Source: Alphaproteobacteria bacterium (lineage in GTDB: Bacteria; Pseudomonadota; Alphaproteobacteria; UBA828). Taken from it: a stretch of DNA of 64,000 nt. Positions 58,416 to 64,000 of this stretch are shown here, piece after piece. Every line of letters begins with the position of its first letter. Position 1 is the stretch's first letter. Where the stretch lies: NCBI GenBank assembly GCA_965214705.1, contig OZ243972.1, positions 1,344,001 to 1,408,000 on the forward strand, in the 5' to 3' direction. The position numbers and the translations under genes are program-made. Under the pieces are notes generated by a model, which saw nothing but the letters and a program-made list of their open reading frames with translations, searched no databases and was not told the DNA's origin.

Positions 58416-59454
58416 GGACATGTTAACCAGGGTGGACGAGAGACTGCGTTCTGCCAAGTGGCCAGCGCTGCGACCGTTAGACCGTTTGGATATGGGTGAG
58501 AGGGACTGCCTGTTAGTGGTCGGCGGTTTCGAGGAAAGGGCGTTATCGGTGCTGCGATCTGCCGTTGAAGAATCAGACAGTTTTCGGGTTGTCCTTATCA
58601 AGTATCTTCCGGTGGTGACAGAGAACAGAGATGAAGAGTGTGTGAAATTGTGCAAAGATGCGTGCTTGCCTTTAGATCAGCTTGTGTATGACAGGGAGAA
58701 TCCATCGAACGCAGGCGACAGCATAGCAGATTATCTATGTGGTTTCGACAACGTTTTTGTCGACGTGTCCGGTATGTCGCGGTTGCTGATTGTCCAAATA
58801 GTTGTGGCAATGATTGAACGTGGTAAGGCTTTTATTGTGCTTTACACTGAGGCAGATGTGTACCCACCGGAGGAAGATGAGTTTCTTCGAAAGCAACATG
58901 GAGAACGGGGAAGCGTATCTTTCATATCTAGCGGTATATTTGAGATTGTCTCTTGTCCCGAGTTGAGCTCAGTATCTATGCTTGGAGGTGCAATTCGTCT
59001 GATTTCATTTCCGTCATTCGATCCCGTACAGTTGTCTAATGTCGTACAAGAATTACAGCCAACCCATAATGATGTGATCAATGGGGTTCCGCCGGATCTA
59101 AGCATGGGGTGGCGGACAAATGCCATAAGTGAACTGAACAAAGCAAATATGAGCGCCCTGCAACGCGTCCGAGAGCATGAAGCAAGTACGTTCGACTATA
59201 GGGAGACGTTGGAGATAATATTAGAGCTGTATAAAATGCACTCTGTATATGACCGTATAGTGATAGCGCCCACTGGTAGCAAGATGCAGGCTGTGGCAGT
59301 TGGCATTTTACGTGGAGTACTTACAGACCTACAAATAGTATATCCCACGCCATTGATGTTTTTGGATCCTGCTCACTATACCGAAGGCTCAAAGGCTACC
59401 TTTCAGCTATCTATCGGTTCTGTATTGACAGACGTCGGAGATGTGTCCAGGTGA
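58408..59454 (+). CDS. Tandem Rossmann (CARF-like) protein
   Basis: LLVVGGFEER...VFVDVSGMSRLL and LISFPSFDP...IVIAPTGSKMQA; overlaps the upstream gene; fold is inferred. Confidence 0.6.
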   Translation: MVRDMLTRVDERLRSAKWPALRPLDRLDMGERDCLLVVGGFEERALSVLRSAVEESDSFRVVLIKYLPVVTENRDEECVKLCKDACLPLDQLVYDRENPSNAGDSIADYLCGFDNVFVDVSGMSRLLIVQIVVAMIERGKAFIVLYTEADVYPPEEDEFLRKQHGERGSVSFISSGIFEIVSCPELSSVSMLGGAIRLISFPSFDPVQLSNVVQELQPTHNDVINGVPPDLSMGWRTNAISELNKANMSALQRVREHEASTFDYRETLEIILELYKMHSVYDRIVIAPTGSKMQAVAVGILRGVLTDLQIVYPTPLMFLDPAHYTEGSKATFQLSIGSVLTDVGDVSR

Positions 59455-60490
59455 CGATTCAGGACTAGGAGGTGACGAGTATCTTTAGTCGGGCATAGTT
59501 GAGAATTGGGGGGCGGAGTTAGCGTATGTTGCTGACCCGACGGGTCGACAACGAAAAGCTAAGAAACGAGGGTCGGCGGTGGAGGGGGCCAAGGCTTTCG
59601 CCGGGTAGGCAAAGGCATCCGGTGTGGGGACGCGAGCCGAGAATGCGGAGACTATGATGCCGGATGGCGACACGGAGATTGCCGATCTCAGGCTGATGGG
59701 TCTAGGCTGAAGTACTATCTGTACAGCTAGCGCTCGAAATACAGTCAGCGGCTTGTCAATCAGCAGATCGAGGAGTTCGTAGTGAGCGCATCGGTGCGCT
59801 GGGTGGTGTGCTGGGTGGTGTCGGAGCGTGCCGCGTGGTCGGGGCGAAGGAGGTAAAGGGGGGCTGAGCCACCCGGAGGCCCGCCCAAATTGCGGTACGC
59901 GCGCATCTTGCATGCTAGCGTGAGGCAGGTGCCGGCGCCGACGGCCTGCAGGTGTTGCGGCTAGGGCGAGCTGTGGAAAGTCGACGAGGACAGGGCCGAA
60001 TCGCTAAAGGCGACCTTGCACCCGTGGAGAAGGAGACCCAGACCGTGGGCGAGATGTTCAGACCTCGAGCGATTTCACTGTTGCCAGTGCCCCCTTCAAC
60101 CAGTGGACCAGTCTCCGACAAGCTGCCTACGGGCAATAGAGCTGGCGGAAGTCGACTCCGTGGTCTCGGCGTTCAACAGACAGGTGATGCAGGAGATCGA
60201 CAACGACGATTTTCTGGAAGGCCAGCGCAAGCTGGTGTTGGTTGGCACCAACAGTGCCAGCCAGATCTATCTGGCAGTCGGTCCTGCACGTACGGGAGAA
60301 CCTGGAAGTGCTGATGCAACACGGTCCACCTGGTCACCTAGCTCGGGGGTAACCCGCAAATCAAAATGCCGCTTAAGGGAACGAGCCTCCCAGCGTCGAA
60401 CCGTCGTTGATCGATGACTTCACTGCGGGCATGGCTCATGATTAGCCCTCTTGCACTGGAACACAAGGCTACAGCCGATAGGATCCCACA

Positions 60491-61423
60491 ATGACAATTG
60501 GTAGCGAGGAAAAGAGGCAACTCGATGCGGTGCGACGCCTCGAACAAGTCACACGACGTCCTGTCAGCAAGGGGTTAGAGGACCTTCTCCACCAGGTGCT
60601 GCCCGTCCTCGATCATGGCTTTGTTAGAGTCGTTGATTATATGGGTGACGACTCTTCTGTCGTACAGGCTGCCCGTGTCTCTTACGGAACCGGAACTCGA
60701 AAAAAACGAGAAGATCACAATCTAATCAACTACTTGATGCAGCACAATCATACCACGCCATTTGAAATGGCTGAAATAAAGCTTCATGTGAAACTTCCAA
60801 TTTTCGTTGCACGTCAATGGATACGACATAGAACCGCGAGTGTCAACGAATACTCCGCACGCTACTCTGTATTAGATAGAGAGTTTTACGTACCGGATCC
60901 AGAGAATCTTGCCGCTCAATCACCATCAAATCGGCAAGGACGAGAAACCATTCTACACGGTGACGAAGCGCGCGAAGTCTTGCAAATGCTGCGTGACGAC
61001 GCGGAAACCGCCTACGAACACTATCAATACCTCCTGAACGAGGACTCGAAGGGAAAGAAACGCGACGAAAAGAGGCAAGGCCTTGCTAGAGAACTAGCAC
61101 GCTTGAACTTGAGCGTAAATTTCTATACGCAGTGGTACTGGAAAGTGGACCTCCACAATCTATTGAGGTTCCTTCAGCTAAGAGCGGATTCACACGCGCA
61201 GTACGAAATTCGTGTATACGCAGATCTGCTCCTAAATATTCTCGAATGTTGGGTTCCGCTGACTGCCCTAGCATTTCGAGAGCATCGTCTGGATGCCACT
61301 GTTTTATCTCGAACAGCAACAAACGTCATAAAAGAAAAATTGGCGGGAAAGTCGGTTTCTTTCGACGATAGTGGGCTGTCAAAACGTGAGTGGAACAATC
61401 TTACCAAAACACTTGGCTTATAG
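60491..61423 (+). CDS. thyX: FAD-dependent thymidylate synthase
   Basis: AARVSY, HTTPFE, RQWIRHRTASVNEYSARY (RHRx7S), ARELAR, HAQYEIR. Confidence 0.96.
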   Translation: MTIGSEEKRQLDAVRRLEQVTRRPVSKGLEDLLHQVLPVLDHGFVRVVDYMGDDSSVVQAARVSYGTGTRKKREDHNLINYLMQHNHTTPFEMAEIKLHVKLPIFVARQWIRHRTASVNEYSARYSVLDREFYVPDPENLAAQSPSNRQGRETILHGDEAREVLQMLRDDAETAYEHYQYLLNEDSKGKKRDEKRQGLARELARLNLSVNFYTQWYWKVDLHNLLRFLQLRADSHAQYEIRVYADLLLNILECWVPLTALAFREHRLDATVLSRTATNVIKEKLAGKSVSFDDSGLSKREWNNLTKTLGL

Positions 61424-61438
61424 TGCCTCCACGCTTGG

Positions 61439-62686
61439 TTAAGACCTACCACCGCCTCGGCGGTCGCCGCTTTTGGCCGATCGCCCGACGAACCCCGACC
61501 ATTCCTCCATCAACACCCGCCGTCGCTCGAACAGGTCGGTCCGCCGATACGCGGCCTCCACGCGATCTGAATTCACATGCGCGAGCGCGAGCTCGCAGAC
61601 CTCGCGGGGCGCATCCGAGCACTCCGCCGCCCAGTCGCGGAAGGACGACCGGAAGCCGTGCGGCACGGCCTCGATGCCGAGCTCCCGGAGCAGCTTGGAG
61701 ATCGTGTTGTCGCTGAGCGCCCGGCCCTGCGGCGAGGGGAATATCAGCCCGGACCGGTCCTCGAAGGCGCGCGCCTCCTCCAGGATCTCCAGCGCGCGGG
61801 CCGACAGCGGCACCCGGTGATCGCGCTTCGCCTTCATCCGGCTTGCGGGCACCGTCCATGTGCCCGATTCGAAATCGACCTCGTCCCAGGTTGCGAGCCG
61901 GACCTCGCCGGACCGAGTGGCCGTCAGCACCAGGAACTCGAAGGCGAGCGCGGTGAGCTGTTGCGCACCCGACGTCTTCACCTTCTTGAGCGCGGCACCG
62001 ACCTCGGGGAAGGGGAGGGCGCGCTGGTGCCGGCGCACGCTGCCGTTCTTCGGCAACGCGGCGGAGATTGCGTCGCCGGCGGGATTGTCGTCGCGGTAGC
62101 CCTGTGCGATGGCCCACTTCATCACCGCGCCGATCCGCTGGCGCACGCGCCGCATGGTTTCGGTCTTGGTGTGCCAGTGCGGGATCAGGACGGCCATCAC
62201 GTCGGCGGTGGTGATCTGGTCGACGCGCCTGCGGCCGAGCCGCTTCATGGCGTAGTCCCGGAGCGAGGCACGCCATTGCTTCTCGCTCTTGCCGGCGTCC
62301 TTCCAGCCTTCGCGGTGGATGGCGATCACGGTCTCGACTGCGTCCGCGAAGGTGGGCACGTCCGGTTTGCGCTTGAGCGCGATCGGATCGCCCCCCGCCC
62401 ATGAGATCTTCCGGTACTCGAAGGCCTTTTGGCGGGCTTCGGCGAGGGAGACGTAGGGGAATGCGCCGAGGCCCACGTCGCGGCGCATGCCGTTGACGGT
62501 TCCGCGCCAGATCCAGTGTTTGGAGATCGACTTCCGTTTGCGCGACTCGTAGACTCGGAGGCGCAGTCCGTGCTGGTCGCCGTAGACGCCGGGCCGGTTG
62601 ACGGTCTTGACGAATGCGGCGGTGAGGCGTCCTTTCTTTGGGACTTTGATGGCGGACGCGGAGGGAATCGAACGCGTTTCGGGCAT
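61439..62686 (-). CDS. P4-type tyrosine integrase of the island
   Basis: GLGAFPYVSLAEAR arm domain, TATRSGE, RMK..RDHRVPLS, HGFRSSFRDW, LAH, AAYRR. Confidence 0.95.
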   Translation of the reverse strand: MPETRSIPSASAIKVPKKGRLTAAFVKTVNRPGVYGDQHGLRLRVYESRKRKSISKHWIWRGTVNGMRRDVGLGAFPYVSLAEARQKAFEYRKISWAGGDPIALKRKPDVPTFADAVETVIAIHREGWKDAGKSEKQWRASLRDYAMKRLGRRRVDQITTADVMAVLIPHWHTKTETMRRVRQRIGAVMKWAIAQGYRDDNPAGDAISAALPKNGSVRRHQRALPFPEVGAALKKVKTSGAQQLTALAFEFLVLTATRSGEVRLATWDEVDFESGTWTVPASRMKAKRDHRVPLSARALEILEEARAFEDRSGLIFPSPQGRALSDNTISKLLRELGIEAVPHGFRSSFRDWAAECSDAPREVCELALAHVNSDRVEAAYRRTDLFERRRVLMEEWSGFVGRSAKSGDRRGGGRS

Positions 62687-62697
62687 GCTTTCCGGTA

Positions 62698-62718
62698 CCC
62701 ATAATGAGTCCCACAATG
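62698..62718. repeat. Possible integrase arm-type direct repeats
   Basis: CCCATAATG / CCCACAATG with a 12-bp period between the integrase and att. Confidence 0.45.
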
Positions 62719-62834
62719 CGATCGATATTGGCTGAGAACTGTGTAGAACGCAAGGCAAGAGTTGGGCCGGTAACCCTTTGATCTTGAACAACAGTTACGA
62801 ACGGTTGAGAAGCGTTGAAAACTCCCTTGGGCGG

Positions 62835-62849
62835 TCACCCCCTCCGCCA
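62835..62849 (+). repeat. att core: duplicated 3' end of a tRNA (Ser-like)
   Basis: TCACCCCCTCCGCCA resembles tRNA-Ser 3' ends, with no T-loop upstream; about 150 bp from the integrase start. Confidence 0.7.
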
Positions 62850-63002
62850 CCCAATCCTCGAATGGAGGTTCTCACGGGCGGCGGCGGAGTTGCTCAAACT
62901 CCTCAGTAAAATTTGTTCGAGCCTAGCTCGTTGGCGGCGTCAATGCTCGGCTGAGTGATCCTCTCCGCTGGCCTTCTCAGCGACTTCAAATCGGCGCCCA
63001 AA

Positions 63003-64000
63003 CTAAAACACAACGCGCAGGCCTACGTTCACCAGGTGGTCGCTGCGGGAGCCGTCGCCGGTGCGGCCTGAGTAGCCCAGGACAGCGCTCCCTTGCCCGC
63101 CGAGGCTCATGGAAACGCCGAGATCGACGCTCAGCCAGTCCTCGGGCGGCGCAAACCCCTCCACCGTGAACTGCCCGTTCATGGTGTTGGAGCCCGCCGT
63201 GACCGAGACGGGGTCGCCATGGAGCTCCTTGGCATAGGCGGCGGCAACGTAGGGACGAATGCCGAGGCTCTCCGAGCCCGCCTCGAACGAGAACCGGTAG
63301 CCGGCGCGGGCGACGAGGGAGCCGCGCTCGAACGCGGCAAAGTTCATGGCGGTGGAGGAGGTTCCGCTCTCGCGGTAGCCGTCCACCTCCTGATCGAGCC
63401 AGGAGAGACCGAGCGCGGGCCCGTGGCGGGTCCCCTCCGCCTCGCCCATCGTCCAGCCGAGGCCAAGATCGACGCCGACCTGACGCCCCGCCGTCGAGCC
63501 GCGCTCGGTGTTCACCGCCGGCCCGAGGGTCATGGAGCGCTCGATGTCCATACCGGTTCTGCCCAGGTTCACCGCGGCGCTGAGCTGCAGTCCGCCTTGC
63601 CGCCAGGTTCCGTGCAGCGAGCCGACGGCCGTCTCGCTCTCGAGGGAGGCACCCTCGACGCCGTTGTCGTGACGGCCCAGGCTGAGCGCCACGCCCCACC
63701 GGAAATCGCGTGACGCCCGCTGGCCGAAGCCGAGGGTCACGGCTTGCTCGTCGACCTGCGCCTCGCCGAGACGCGGCGGGGCCTCGACCGCGCGCCGGCC
63801 CGTGTGCGCAACCGCGTAGCTGTGCCAACGCCCGACGGAGTACTTTCGATCGGAAAGTTGCTCGGCCGCGATGACGCTGCGGTGTGCCGCCACCGCCGCC
63901 TCGCCCGCTTCGCCGGCGAGCGAGACCTGGAGCGGCGCCTTAAGGGTTGCCGTCACCACACTTGCGAGGATCGCGTGTGCCCCGCCGCTGGGGTGCTTGT
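63003..64000 (-). CDS. Autotransporter beta-domain of a GDSL esterase (EstA-like), 5' outside window
   Basis: KHPSGGAHAILA (GDSL block V-like) at the window edge, amphipathic beta strands, terminal Phe (VGLRVVF). Confidence 0.8.
   Translation of the reverse strand, partial: KHPSGGAHAILASVVTATLKAPLQVSLAGEAGEAAVAAHRSVIAAEQLSDRKYSVGRWHSYAVAHTGRRAVEAPPRLGEAQVDEQAVTLGFGQRASRDFRWGVALSLGRHDNGVEGASLESETAVGSLHGTWRQGGLQLSAAVNLGRTGMDIERSMTLGPAVNTERGSTAGRQVGVDLGLGWTMGEAEGTRHGPALGLSWLDQEVDGYRESGTSSTAMNFAAFERGSLVARAGYRFSFEAGSESLGIRPYVAAAYAKELHGDPVSVTAGSNTMNGQFTVEGFAPPEDWLSVDLGVSMSLGGQGSAVLGYSGRTGDGSRSDHLVNVGLRVVF

Larger units (their letters stand above)
1..62849. mobile_element. Integrated mobilizable element / genomic island (left end outside window)
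   Basis: P4-type integrase next to a tRNA 3'-end fragment at 62835-62849; MOBF relaxase, SSB, toprim, ParB and strawberry-notch backbone; mosaic GC cargo; host-like gene begins after the att site. No T4SS genes seen. Confidence 0.8.

Noticed and set aside
59485-60417. Possible IS21-like HTH remnant (NSEIARGLNISPT) and short ORFs
   Set aside because: Fragmentary, with no DDE core or IRs identified.
1-64000. CRISPR array, rRNA, canonical tRNA, T4SS or phage structural genes
   Set aside because: None seen by inspection.

Overview
Almost the whole window is the right-hand part of a large integrated mobilizable element. Its right end is a P4-type tyrosine integrase (61439-62686, -) beside a tRNA-Ser-like 3' fragment (att core, 62835-62849). 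Host DNA follows, encoding a GDSL-esterase autotransporter. From left to right: (i) 1-11.1 kb is a mostly lower-GC, defence-like block with a retron RT and upstream partner, an AAA-WYL-caspase-like trio, and an exported PD-(D/E)xK nuclease plus glycine-zipper membrane protein. It is closed by two tandem integrases that abut a 5'-truncated MoxR-type ATPase gene. (ii) 11-41 kb is a high-GC backbone of mostly co-oriented genes pointing at a putative oriT: vWA module, Zn-ribbon pair around a tRNA-like RNA, PAPS reductase, ParB with an FtsZ-like tail, GHKL ATPase, IS-broken radC, SRAP, strawberry-notch methylase/helicase, SLOG proteins, AlkB-like, SSB and toprim. (iii) A MOBF relaxase-helicase; no T4SS is visible in the window. 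(iv) A three-level nest (IS110 in an IS91/integrase element in an IS1111-type IS110). The bridge/seek-RNA guides of both IS110s can be read from the sequence, and the inner guide spells the YNSC motif of IS91 transposases. (v) Lower-GC cargo: a HAD hydrolase, a methyltransferase / kinase-ATPase / tandem CARF-like operon (best candidate for an undescribed defence system) and thyX. Family names come from recognised motifs, not from database searches.
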